From contig CAVPLM010000003.1 of the NCBI GenBank assembly GCA_963706025.1, positions 64,001 through 128,000 on the forward strand: DNA of 64,000 nucleotides, in the 5' to 3' direction. This DNA comes from an uncultured Actinomycetes bacterium (GTDB lineage: Bacteria > Actinomycetota > Thermoleophilia > RBG-16-64-13). Below the pieces are notes generated by a model. It searched no databases and had not been told where the DNA came from. It was given only the letters and a program-made list of their open reading frames with translations. Shown piece after piece: positions 21,700 to 30,377 of the stretch (position 1 is the stretch's first letter; every line of letters begins with the position of its first letter). The position numbers and the translations under genes are program-made.

Positions 21700-21727
21700 C
21701 TATCGGCCCCGGATGGCGGAAGCTTGA
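21700..21727 (-). promoter_or_regulatory. Candidate sigma28 (FliA/WhiG/SigD)-type promoter
   Basis: Minus strand TCAA-N16-GCCGATAG in the intergenic region upstream of the 20466-21566 gene. Confidence 0.6.
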
Positions 21728-21734
21728 CCCAGAC

Positions 21735-23144
21735 TCAGCCTTCGTGGCCTTCAGGCATACCCCGACGCAATGCCCTCATCTTCTCCAAGAAATCCCGAAT
21801 TCGAGCTTCATCACCATTGCCGGTGGGGCGATAGAACTCTCTATCCTGAAGGTTCTCGGGCAGATATCGCTGGGCGACGTAACCCCCACTCTCGTGGGGA
21901 TACTCATATCCTACTCCATGGCCGAGGCTTCTGGCCCCCGTGTATCCCGTGCTCCGCAAGACCACTGGAGGATACTGAGCTCCGTGCTGTTCCACCTCCT
22001 GCAGAGCCGCTTCGACCCCCGCATAGGACGCATTGGATTTGGGGGCGCAACTGAGGTATGTCACCCCCTGAGCGAGGTTGATGCGGCACTCGGGCAGGCC
22101 TACGAACTCCACCGCACGCGACACCGCTACCGCTAGTTCCAAGGCCCGGGGATCTGCATTGCCCACGTCCTCGGACGCGAAGACGACCAGACGGCGGGCG
22201 ATGAACTTCGGGTCCTCACCGCCGGTGAGCATCACCGCCAGGTAGTAGAGAGCCGCATCCGGGTCGGAACCACGCAGGCTCTTGATGAAGGCGGAGATGA
22301 CATCGTAGTGGGCATCGGCTCCTTTGTCGTACAGCACCAGCTTGCGCTGGGCGGCGGCCTGGACCACGGCCTCGTCCACCCGCTCCTTGCCGGTCGAGCG
22401 GGCAAGAACCAATGAACGCTCCAGGATGGTGAAGGCCCGCCGCGCGTCGCCCAGCGCGGAGTCGGCGATCAGGTCGAGCACCGGCCCCTCCACGGCCGGA
22501 ATGCTCCCGGCTTCGCCGGGGAGATCGGTGGTCGTCGCGGTCGCGCCCGCGGTAGCCGCGGCCCCGCCGGCCGCCGGGCCGGCAGGACCGAGAAGAGCCC
22601 TGTCCAAGAGCGTCCGGATCTCGGCGCTCCGTAACGGCCGGAACTCGAAAAGCTCGCAGCGGGAGATGAGCGCCGGGATGACCTCGAAATAGGGATTCTC
22701 AGTAGAAGCCCCGATGAGGGAGATGATGCCGTCTTCGACCGCGTGTAGCAGTGCGTCCTGCTGAGCCTTGGAGAAGCGGTGGATCTCATCGATGAAGAGC
22801 AAGGTCCGCCGTTTGCTCTGAGCCCGCCGGTGCCGGGCCCGCTCGATGACCTTACGCACCTCGCCGACACCGGAGCTGACCGCCGAAAGCTCCTCATAGA
22901 CCGAGCCCGTCTGGGTAGCGACCAGCCGGGCCACCGTGGTCTTACCGGTGCCGGGAGGGCCGAAGAAGACCATGGAGCCGACCGTACCCGTCTCGATCGC
23001 TACCCGCAGGGGAGCGCCCGGCCCAAGAAGATGCGCCTGCCCGACGACGTCATCGAGACGCTGCGGCCGCATGCGCGCCGCCAGCGGCGCGTTCTCGGAG
23101 AGGTCGGCCTCCAGAGCGGCGCTGAAAAGATCTGCTTCCTCCAT
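21735..23144 (-). CDS. rarA: Replication-associated recombination protein A
   Basis: PLAARMRP, GPPGTGKTT, FIDEIHRF, SAFIKSLRGSDPDAA, ASEDVGNADP. Confidence 0.96.
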   Translation of the reverse strand: MEEADLFSAALEADLSENAPLAARMRPQRLDDVVGQAHLLGPGAPLRVAIETGTVGSMVFFGPPGTGKTTVARLVATQTGSVYEELSAVSSGVGEVRKVIERARHRRAQSKRRTLLFIDEIHRFSKAQQDALLHAVEDGIISLIGASTENPYFEVIPALISRCELFEFRPLRSAEIRTLLDRALLGPAGPAAGGAAATAGATATTTDLPGEAGSIPAVEGPVLDLIADSALGDARRAFTILERSLVLARSTGKERVDEAVVQAAAQRKLVLYDKGADAHYDVISAFIKSLRGSDPDAALYYLAVMLTGGEDPKFIARRLVVFASEDVGNADPRALELAVAVSRAVEFVGLPECRINLAQGVTYLSCAPKSNASYAGVEAALQEVEQHGAQYPPVVLRSTGYTGARSLGHGVGYEYPHESGGYVAQRYLPENLQDREFYRPTGNGDEARIRDFLEKMRALRRGMPEGHEG

Positions 23145-23297
23145 ATTCTGGATTCTAGCAGTGCTCGACCGTCGAGCGGGCCCTCAAGAGAAGCCCCCGG
23201 ATGTGCGCCCCGACCGCGTAGCACCTGCGATGGAGTCGGCCCCTTACCGAGAGACGGCATCATTGGTTAGAATTACCCGGAAAATCGCTCGTGAGAG

Positions 23298-23810
23298 GTG
23301 AGCTTGCCCCGTCAGGTGCTGGTCCTGAATTCGACCTATGAGCCGGTTAATGTATGCTCGACCCGGCGGGCGGTCGTGCTCTTGCTCAAGGAAAAGGCGG
23401 AAGTCCTGGAGGCGGGCAAAGGTCTCATCCGGTCGGAGAGAGCGACGCTCGTCGCCCCGGTGGTGATCCGTCTCCGCTCCTATGTGCGCCTACCCCGGGC
23501 CGACAACCGCCGGCTCTCAAGGCGGACCATCCTCGCTCGAGACGGTTTCCGCTGCCAGTACTGCGGCAGCACTCGCCATCTGACCATCGACCACGTCGTC
23601 CCCCGCAGCCGGGGCGGCCCGAACTCGTGGGAGAACGTGGTCACTTCGTGCGCTCCGTGCAACGTCCGCAAGGGGGCCTGCTTGCCTTCGGAAGTCGGGA
23701 TGTCGCCCTCGCGGAAGCCGCGCCCACCTATGCCCGGCGATTTCGTGCTGGCTTCGAACCGCACCGTACCCGATGCCTGGCTGCCCTACCTGGAGTTCGC
23801 CGTGGCTTAG
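23298..23810 (+). CDS. HNH endonuclease
   Basis: VLVLNSTYEP, RDGFRCQYCG, TIDHVVPRSRGG..SWENVVTSCAPCN.RK. Confidence 0.92.
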   Translation: MSLPRQVLVLNSTYEPVNVCSTRRAVVLLLKEKAEVLEAGKGLIRSERATLVAPVVIRLRSYVRLPRADNRRLSRRTILARDGFRCQYCGSTRHLTIDHVVPRSRGGPNSWENVVTSCAPCNVRKGACLPSEVGMSPSRKPRPPMPGDFVLASNRTVPDAWLPYLEFAVA

Positions 23811-23867
23811 AACTCGTTTGGCGGGGCGCCCCTTGGCCGGCCGGCCTCACAACCCGCCGTCCCGCTC

Positions 23868-24845
23868 CTACTCGGATACCTGGAAGCTTCCCATCCTCAA
23901 GTACTTGGCGCGCCTCAGACGCAGCCTCTCTGCTGGATCCAGGCGCTCCAACTCGCCCAGAGCCAGCTGCACTTCACGCATGACCCGTTTTGCCGTCACC
24001 CGATGATCGAGATGGGCGCCGCCGGTGGGTTCGGGGATGACCTGATCGATGAGGCCGAGCTCCAGCAGGTCGCGCGCGTTGAGCCGCAGGGCTTCCGCCG
24101 CCCGGGGCGCCTCGGCCGCGTCGCGCCACACGAGCGCGGCACATCCTTCCGGAGAGATGACCGAGTACACCGAGTTCTCCAGCATCAGTACCCGGTCGGC
24201 GACGGCCAGAGCCAGAGCCCCACCCGAACCGCCCTCTCCGATCACCACGGTCACCGTGGGGACGGCAAGATTGGCGAAAGCCTCGATGCTCTTGGCGATG
24301 GCCCCCGCCTGCCCGCCCTCCTCCGCATCCTTGCCGGGATAAGCCCCGCCAGTGTCCACGAGAGTCACCACCGGTAGCCCGAACTTCTCGGCCAGTCGGG
24401 CCAAGCGCACCGCCTTGCGATAGCCCTCGGGTCGGGCCATGCCGAAGCTGCGTTCCTGCCTCTCTTGCAGGCTGTGTCCCTTCTGGTGACCGATGAGCAC
24501 GATGCGCCGCGACCCCAGTGTGCCCAGGCCGCCTACCACCGCCTTGTCATCGCCGCGCAGCCGGTCTCCCCGAAGCTCCAAAAAGTCCGGGATGCTTTGG
24601 GCCACGTAGTCCAGGGTCTGCGGACGTTCCTGGTGCCTGGCGATCTGGACCGTGTTCCAGGCGGCCTTCGAACCATCGCGAGCCTTGAGCGCTTCCAGGC
24701 GGTCTTGGATCTTCTTGATCTCCTCCGAATAGGTCGCCCTCTGCATGGCCGGGAGGTTGCGCAACTCCTGCAGGCGCTGCAACAGGCTCGGCGCCTCATC
24801 CGAGGATTGCTTCTTCGCGCTGGACGGCTTGTCGGGCTCAGCCAC
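23868..24845 (-). CDS. accA: Acetyl-CoA carboxylase carboxyltransferase alpha
   Basis: ARHQERP, GHQKG, PEGYRKA.R, GEGGSGGALA, VISPEGCA. Confidence 0.95.
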   Translation of the reverse strand: MAEPDKPSSAKKQSSDEAPSLLQRLQELRNLPAMQRATYSEEIKKIQDRLEALKARDGSKAAWNTVQIARHQERPQTLDYVAQSIPDFLELRGDRLRGDDKAVVGGLGTLGSRRIVLIGHQKGHSLQERQERSFGMARPEGYRKAVRLARLAEKFGLPVVTLVDTGGAYPGKDAEEGGQAGAIAKSIEAFANLAVPTVTVVIGEGGSGGALALAVADRVLMLENSVYSVISPEGCAALVWRDAAEAPRAAEALRLNARDLLELGLIDQVIPEPTGGAHLDHRVTAKRVMREVQLALGELERLDPAERLRLRRAKYLRMGSFQVSE

Positions 24846-25687
24846 TAGATCCGCCCTTCCCCAACAGCGTCAGCAAGCGCGTTAGGACTCCTTTTAGCTG
24901 CCGCCGGTCCACCACCAGATCGACCTGGCCGTGAGCAAGCTGCGACTCCGACGAGCCGAACCCGGGAGGAAGCTTCTCTCGCGTCGTCTGCTCGATGACC
25001 CGAGCCCCCGCGAAGCTCATGACAGCTCCCGGCTCGGCGATGATGACGTCGGCCACCGTCGAGAAGCTTGCGAACACTCCGCCGGTGGTGGGATGGGTGA
25101 GGATGGTGATGTAGGGGAGCCGGGCCTCGTTCAACATCTGCACCGCCACCACCGTCTTGGCCATCTGCATCAACGAGAGCAGCCCCTCTTGCATACGGGC
25201 TCCACCGGAAGCGGCTACCACGACCAACGGCATCTCCCGTTCTACCGCGGTGTTGGCCAGCCGGCAGAAACGTTCCCCCACTACCGAGCCCATCGACCCG
25301 CCCATAAAATGGAAATCCAGCACTCCCAGCGCGGCCGGATGGCTGCCTATCTCGCACAGCACGGCCAGCATGGCCTCCGTCAATCCCGTCGCCCGTTGCG
25401 CCTCGGAGACGCGCTCCGTATACGGACTTCAGATCGAAGAACTCCAGGGGATCGCCGGGGCGCAACTCCTCCGCCACGATCTGGACGGTCCCTTCGTCCG
25501 CAAGCTGGGCAACGCGGGCAGGAGCGCGCAGGGGATAGTGGTAGCCGCAGTGTGGGCAGACGTTCATCGAACGTTCCAGCTCCCCCTCTCCCAGAGGGGA
25601 CGAGCACTTCTTGCAGCGCTCCCCCTCCTCGACCAATGGGGCTGGAGCCTCCGTCCTGGTGACCTGTACTGTTACGTACTTAGCCAT
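24838..25687 (-). CDS. accD: Acetyl-CoA carboxylase carboxyltransferase beta (one extra base near 25426)
   Basis: CKKC...CPHC zinc finger, DPLEFFD, then FMGGSMGSVVGE, SGGARMQEG, PTTGGV in the next frame. Confidence 0.92.
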
Positions 25688-26951
25688 GCCAGCGGCGGAA
25701 CACTATGGCGGCGTTGTGCCCGCCAAACCCGAAGCTGTTCGATATGGCCACTTCCACCTCTGCGTCCCGGGCTACGTTGGGAACGTAGTCGAGGTCACAA
25801 AGAGCATCAGGGTACTCCAGATTGATCGTGGGGGGAATCCTGCCGGCCTCCATGGCCAGTACTGTCGCCGCGGCTTCCAGCCCGCCCGCGGCACCCAGAC
25901 AGTGGCCGAAGATGCTCTTGTTCGAACTGACCATCACCTGGGCGGCTCGTTCACCCAGGGCCAGTCTGATGGCCTTGGTCTCCATGATGTCGCCGAGAGG
26001 CGTGGAGGTCCCGTGTGCATTCACATAGTCGACCTCGGACGGATCGACGCCGGCATCGCGAAGGGCCCTGCTCATGGCCATAGCGGCCGGCTCCCCGGTC
26101 TCGTCGGGCTCGGTGAGGTGGAACGCGTCGCCGCTCATCCCGTATCCGACTATCTCGGCATAGATGTGGGCCCCGCGCTTGAGAGCATGTCCCAGCTCTT
26201 CGAGTACCAGGACTCCGCTTCCCTCGCCCATCACGAAACCGTCGCGCTGGGCGTCGAACGGCCGGCTGGCTCTCTCCGGCTCGTCGTTGCGGGTGGAGAG
26301 GGCGCGCAGAGCAGCAAACGCCGACATGCCCACTTCATTGACCGCCGCTTCGGCTCCGCCCGCCACCATGGCCGTCGCATCGCCGCGCCGGATGACTGCA
26401 AAGGCATCCCCCAGCGCGTTCGTGCCGGCCGCGCAGGCGGTACAAGTGGCGTTGACCGGGCCTTTGAGCCCCAGAAGCATGGAACTGTTCGCGGAGGCCA
26501 TGTTGGGGATCATCATGGGGATGAAGAAGGGGTTCACCCGGGTGGGGCCCTTCTCCAGTAGGACTCCGATCTGCTCGTAGAAGGTGTCGAGCCCGCCCAC
26601 TCCGGAGCCGATGAGCGCTCCGATCGCATACGGATCCTCCGCCACCGCGTAGCCGGAGTCCTCCAGGGCCATCACCGCGGCCGCCGCCCCATACTGGGCG
26701 TAGCGGTCCATGCGCTTGGCCATCTTCCTATCGATGAACTCCAGGGGATCGAAGCCCCGCACTTCCGCGGCGATCCTCACCGGGAAACCGCTGGTATCGA
26801 ACCGTTCGATGAGCCGTACGCCCGATCGTCCGTTCACAAGGCCCTCGAAGAACGGGTCCTTGCCGATACCGAGGGCAGAGACCACACCCACCCCGGTAAC
26901 GACCACACGCCTATACTCGATCGTCCTCGTCGTCTCGAACATTTCAGTCAC
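25680..26951 (-). CDS. fabF: Beta-ketoacyl-ACP synthase II
   Basis: RRVVVTG, TACAAG, NAHGTST, GHCLGAAG, NSFGFGGHN. Confidence 0.96.
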   Translation of the reverse strand: MTEMFETTRTIEYRRVVVTGVGVVSALGIGKDPFFEGLVNGRSGVRLIERFDTSGFPVRIAAEVRGFDPLEFIDRKMAKRMDRYAQYGAAAAVMALEDSGYAVAEDPYAIGALIGSGVGGLDTFYEQIGVLLEKGPTRVNPFFIPMMIPNMASANSSMLLGLKGPVNATCTACAAGTNALGDAFAVIRRGDATAMVAGGAEAAVNEVGMSAFAALRALSTRNDEPERASRPFDAQRDGFVMGEGSGVLVLEELGHALKRGAHIYAEIVGYGMSGDAFHLTEPDETGEPAAMAMSRALRDAGVDPSEVDYVNAHGTSTPLGDIMETKAIRLALGERAAQVMVSSNKSIFGHCLGAAGGLEAAATVLAMEAGRIPPTINLEYPDALCDLDYVPNVARDAEVEVAISNSFGFGGHNAAIVFRRWHG

Positions 26952-26963
26952 CTCCTCGGGCTA

Positions 26964-27719
26964 CTAGATACCCAGTCCGCCGTCCACCGGAAGCACGGCG
27001 CCGGTGATGAACGAGGCCGAGTCGCCCACCAGGAAGGCCACAGCCGCGGCTACGGCTTCAGGTGTGCCGATCCGACCCATGGGGATCTGGCTGACGATAG
27101 CGTTCCGGGCGGTCTCGTTCAGGGCGGCCGTCATCTCGGTCTCGATGTAGCCCGGGGCAACGGCATTGACGCGCACGTTGCGCGACGCGACCTCCCGAGC
27201 GAGCGACTTCGTCAAGCCTATCAGCCCGGCCTTGGCCGCCGAATAGTTTACCTGCCCGGCATTGCCCCGTCTTCCCACCACGCTGGAGATGCTCACGATA
27301 GAGCCTCGACGCCGCTTAATCATGCCGCGGAGCACGGCTTTGCTCATCAGAAAGGCACCCTTGAGGTTCACGGCGAGTACGGCATCCCAATCAGCTTCGC
27401 TCATGACCAGCGCCAGCCCATCGCGGGTTATCCCGGCATTGTTGACCAGGATGTCCACCGGGCCTAGAGCCGATTCCACCGTGGAGACGGCAGCACGGGC
27501 TTCGTCCTCCTTCGAAATGTCGGCCCTCACGAAGGTCGTAGCCCGACCGGTCGCCTGCTCCACGTCGCGAGCCGTCTCGGCGCCGGTCCCGGCAACATCG
27601 ACGATGGCCACCTTAGCTCCTTGCTCGGCCAGCCGCAGGGCTATGGCGAGCCCGATACCCCTGGCCCCCCCGGTCACCAGCGCCACCTGCCCTTGCAGGG
27701 GTGTGTCTCTCTCTTCCAT
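26964..27719 (-). CDS. fabG: 3-oxoacyl-ACP reductase
   Basis: TGGARGIG, NNAGITRD, GNAGQVNYSAAK, VAPGYIET. Confidence 0.95.
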   Translation of the reverse strand: MEERDTPLQGQVALVTGGARGIGLAIALRLAEQGAKVAIVDVAGTGAETARDVEQATGRATTFVRADISKEDEARAAVSTVESALGPVDILVNNAGITRDGLALVMSEADWDAVLAVNLKGAFLMSKAVLRGMIKRRRGSIVSISSVVGRRGNAGQVNYSAAKAGLIGLTKSLAREVASRNVRVNAVAPGYIETEMTAALNETARNAIVSQIPMGRIGTPEAVAAAVAFLVGDSASFITGAVLPVDGGLGI

Positions 27720-27720
27720 A

Positions 27721-28749
27721 TCAGCGCTCGTTCCCTCGATCGTTCTTTGCGGAGATCCCCTGTCCGCCCTGGGGAAGGCTGTCGAGCACTTTGTGCAGGC
27801 TTTCGGCGTCTCCGGTCGACGACATGGGCAGATCTCGGGCTATTCGCTTCATCAGCCCCGTTAGCACATTGCCTGGACCCACTTCCAGGCCCCGGTCGGG
27901 AGGGACCTCGTCCTCCAGAACCGCAGCCATACTCTGGCTGAACCGCACCGGTGACATCAGCTGTCGAGCCAGCACTTGCGCCAACTCCTCGGGTTCCGGA
28001 TATCGCACCTCGGTGGTCGAGAAGAACCGGCCGCCGGCCTCAGCGCCGGTGACGCCGCCGCCGGACGGCCCGGAGGTCCCTTCGGCGCCTTCTGCCGCCT
28101 TGAAGACCACCTCGCCTAAGGCCCGCGAAAGAGATTCCGCAGCGCCGGCCATGAACGGGGTGTGGAACGCTCCCGACACCGGCAAGGCCACCACCAGCTT
28201 CGCACCTAGGGATCGGGCCAGCTCACCGGCCGTTTTGACCGACTCCACCGAGCCCGCGATGACTACCTGACCGGGGGAATTGTAGTTCGCCGGCCACACT
28301 TCCGGTAAGGAGGCGCACATCTGCTCGACGACTTCGGTCTCCAGGCCGACGATGGCGGCCATGGTGCTGCGTCGCTCCTCGCTGCACACCTGCATGCCTA
28401 CGCCTCGCGCCTCTACGACCCTCAGAGCGTCGGGGAAAGCCAGTTGGCCCGTGGCCACCAGAGCCGAGTACTCCCCTAGCGAGTGGCCCGCCGCCACGGT
28501 GAAAGAGGCGCCGTTTTCTTCCAGCAGCCTCCACACGGCTACGCTGCAGGTGAGAAGGGTCAATTGGGTGCGGTCGGTGCGCGTGAGCTCCTCCATGGAC
28601 CCGTGCCGGCACACCTCACCGATGTCCCAGCCCAGGACCTCGCCGGCTTCTGCGAACGTCGCCCGGGCGACAGGGTACTCCCACAGGTACTCGGCCATGC
28701 CCGCATACTGACTCCCCTGCCCGGGGAAAAGGATCAGCAACCCTCCCAT
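27721..28749 (-). CDS. fabD: Malonyl-CoA:ACP transacylase
   Basis: FPGQGSQ, GHSLGEY, NYNSPGQ, VSGAFH, EVGPG. Confidence 0.95.
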   Translation of the reverse strand: MGGLLILFPGQGSQYAGMAEYLWEYPVARATFAEAGEVLGWDIGEVCRHGSMEELTRTDRTQLTLLTCSVAVWRLLEENGASFTVAAGHSLGEYSALVATGQLAFPDALRVVEARGVGMQVCSEERRSTMAAIVGLETEVVEQMCASLPEVWPANYNSPGQVVIAGSVESVKTAGELARSLGAKLVVALPVSGAFHTPFMAGAAESLSRALGEVVFKAAEGAEGTSGPSGGGVTGAEAGGRFFSTTEVRYPEPEELAQVLARQLMSPVRFSQSMAAVLEDEVPPDRGLEVGPGNVLTGLMKRIARDLPMSSTGDAESLHKVLDSLPQGGQGISAKNDRGNER

Positions 28750-28750
28750 G

Positions 28751-29827
28751 TCATCTCCTCTCGCCCCATTCGAGAAGGCAGGCCCCCCAGGTGAGTCCCG
28801 CCCCGAAACCCATTAGCAGCACCAGATCGCCCTCACGAAGCCGCCCCTCCGCCCGGGCCTCGTGGAGGCACAACGGGATGGAGGCGCAGGACGTGTTGCC
28901 GTATCTCTGCAGATTCGTGCAGATCTTGTTCCGGGGGATGCCCAGCTTCTTGGACGCCGCTTCGATGATGCGCAGATTGGCCTGATGGGGCACGAAGAGA
29001 TCGACCTCCTCCACGGTCCTGCCGCACCGTTCCAGTACGCGACCGGCCGACCCCACCACCACCCGGGTGGCAAACTTGTATACCTCCCTCCCGTTCATCT
29101 TCATGAAGTGCTGGTGTTCGTCCACCGTCGCATGCGAGGCGGGGAGACGGGAGCCGCCTGCCGGTACCGAGAGGATGTCGATTCCCGACCCGTCGTTGCC
29201 GAGGTCGAAGCCCAGGATACCCCCTTGTGCCGGCGCGGCCGGCGACCCGGTCGCAGGCGCGCGCCCACCTCGTGCGGGGAGAGGGGGCATCGCCGAGACG
29301 ACGGCGGCGCCCGCTCCGTCTCCGAACAGCACGGCGGTGGCCCGTTCGTCCCAATCCAGAATCCTAGAGATGACCTCGGCACCCACCACCAAGACGTTCT
29401 CGTGAAGCCCGCCGGCCACTGCTCCAGCCGCCATGGCCAGCGCGTAGACGAAGCCGGTGCAGCCCGCGGATACGTCAAAGGCGCCGGCGTTGACGCAGCC
29501 GGTCTCAAAGGCGACGCGCGCAGCCGTCGCCGGCATGATCTGATCGGGAGAGACCGTCGCGGTTATCACCAGGTCGACGCTTTCCGGAGAGAGACCCGCA
29601 TCGGCAAGTGCGCGCTCGGCCGCGGGAACGCCGAGATCGGATGAACACAGCCCGGGCTCGGCCACCCTGCGTTCCCTGATGCCGGTCCTCTGCTGAATCC
29701 ATTGGTCCGAGGTGTCAAGAGCGGCGGCCAGATCGTCATTGGTGACGATCTTAGAAGGGAGATGAACGCCCAGACCCGTTATGGTCACAGGTCTACCGAT
29801 CAGCGTAGTCACTCCGCTCCCAAGCAT
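28751..29827 (-). CDS. fabH: Beta-ketoacyl-ACP synthase III
   Basis: DTSDQWI.QRTGI.ERR, AGCTGF, FGDGAGA, PHQANLRII, YGNTS, GFGAGLTWG. Confidence 0.95.
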   Translation of the reverse strand: MLGSGVTTLIGRPVTITGLGVHLPSKIVTNDDLAAALDTSDQWIQQRTGIRERRVAEPGLCSSDLGVPAAERALADAGLSPESVDLVITATVSPDQIMPATAARVAFETGCVNAGAFDVSAGCTGFVYALAMAAGAVAGGLHENVLVVGAEVISRILDWDERATAVLFGDGAGAAVVSAMPPLPARGGRAPATGSPAAPAQGGILGFDLGNDGSGIDILSVPAGGSRLPASHATVDEHQHFMKMNGREVYKFATRVVVGSAGRVLERCGRTVEEVDLFVPHQANLRIIEAASKKLGIPRNKICTNLQRYGNTSCASIPLCLHEARAEGRLREGDLVLLMGFGAGLTWGACLLEWGERR

Positions 29828-29830
29828 CGA

Positions 29831-30259
29831 CTATGGCTCGACGACCGCGAAGGTGAGGGTGCCACTGCAGGAGAGCTCGGCCCCCACGAAGGCCTTGGCC
29901 TGCCCTCTTCCTATGCTCCCCCGTCGTTGGGCCAAACGTGTCTCCAGCCGAAGAGTCTCGCCGGGGACTACCGGTCGACGAAAGCGCACGTTGTCGACCC
30001 CGGCGAACAGCACGATCTTCCCCCGGGCCTCAGCCGACGATAGAAGAGCGACCGCCCCGGTCTGGGCAAGGGCTTCGAGCTGAAGCACGCCTGGGAAGAC
30101 GGAGTATCCGGGGAAGTGGCCCCTGAACACGTCGTCCGAGGCTAGTATGTCCTTTTCGGCGATTGCATACTCTCCGGGGACCAGCTCCACCACCCGGTCC
30201 AGCAGCAAGAAGGGCTCCCGATGCGGGATTATCGCCTCGATCTGTTTCCTGTCCAGCAA
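29831..30259 (-). CDS. fabZ: 3-hydroxyacyl-ACP dehydratase
   Basis: IPHREPFLLLDRV, GHFPG..VFPGVL.LEALAQ, FRRPVVPG. Confidence 0.95.
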   Translation of the reverse strand: MLDRKQIEAIIPHREPFLLLDRVVELVPGEYAIAEKDILASDDVFRGHFPGYSVFPGVLQLEALAQTGAVALLSSAEARGKIVLFAGVDNVRFRRPVVPGETLRLETRLAQRRGSIGRGQAKAFVGAELSCSGTLTFAVVEP

Positions 30260-30377
30260 TCCGTCACCTGCCGATCGACGATGCGCCTGAGTCCCGGCCG
30301 CGAGGTGCTAGTATTGTCCAGGATGAGTCTGGCCTTTTCAAGGAAACCCTCCTCCCCCGGGAAATAGCCGGCCGCCG

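Noticed and set aside
23298-23810. HNH nuclease as a defence or homing system
   Set aside because: Matches the common stand-alone actinobacterial HNH type; no methylase, repeat array or intron context.
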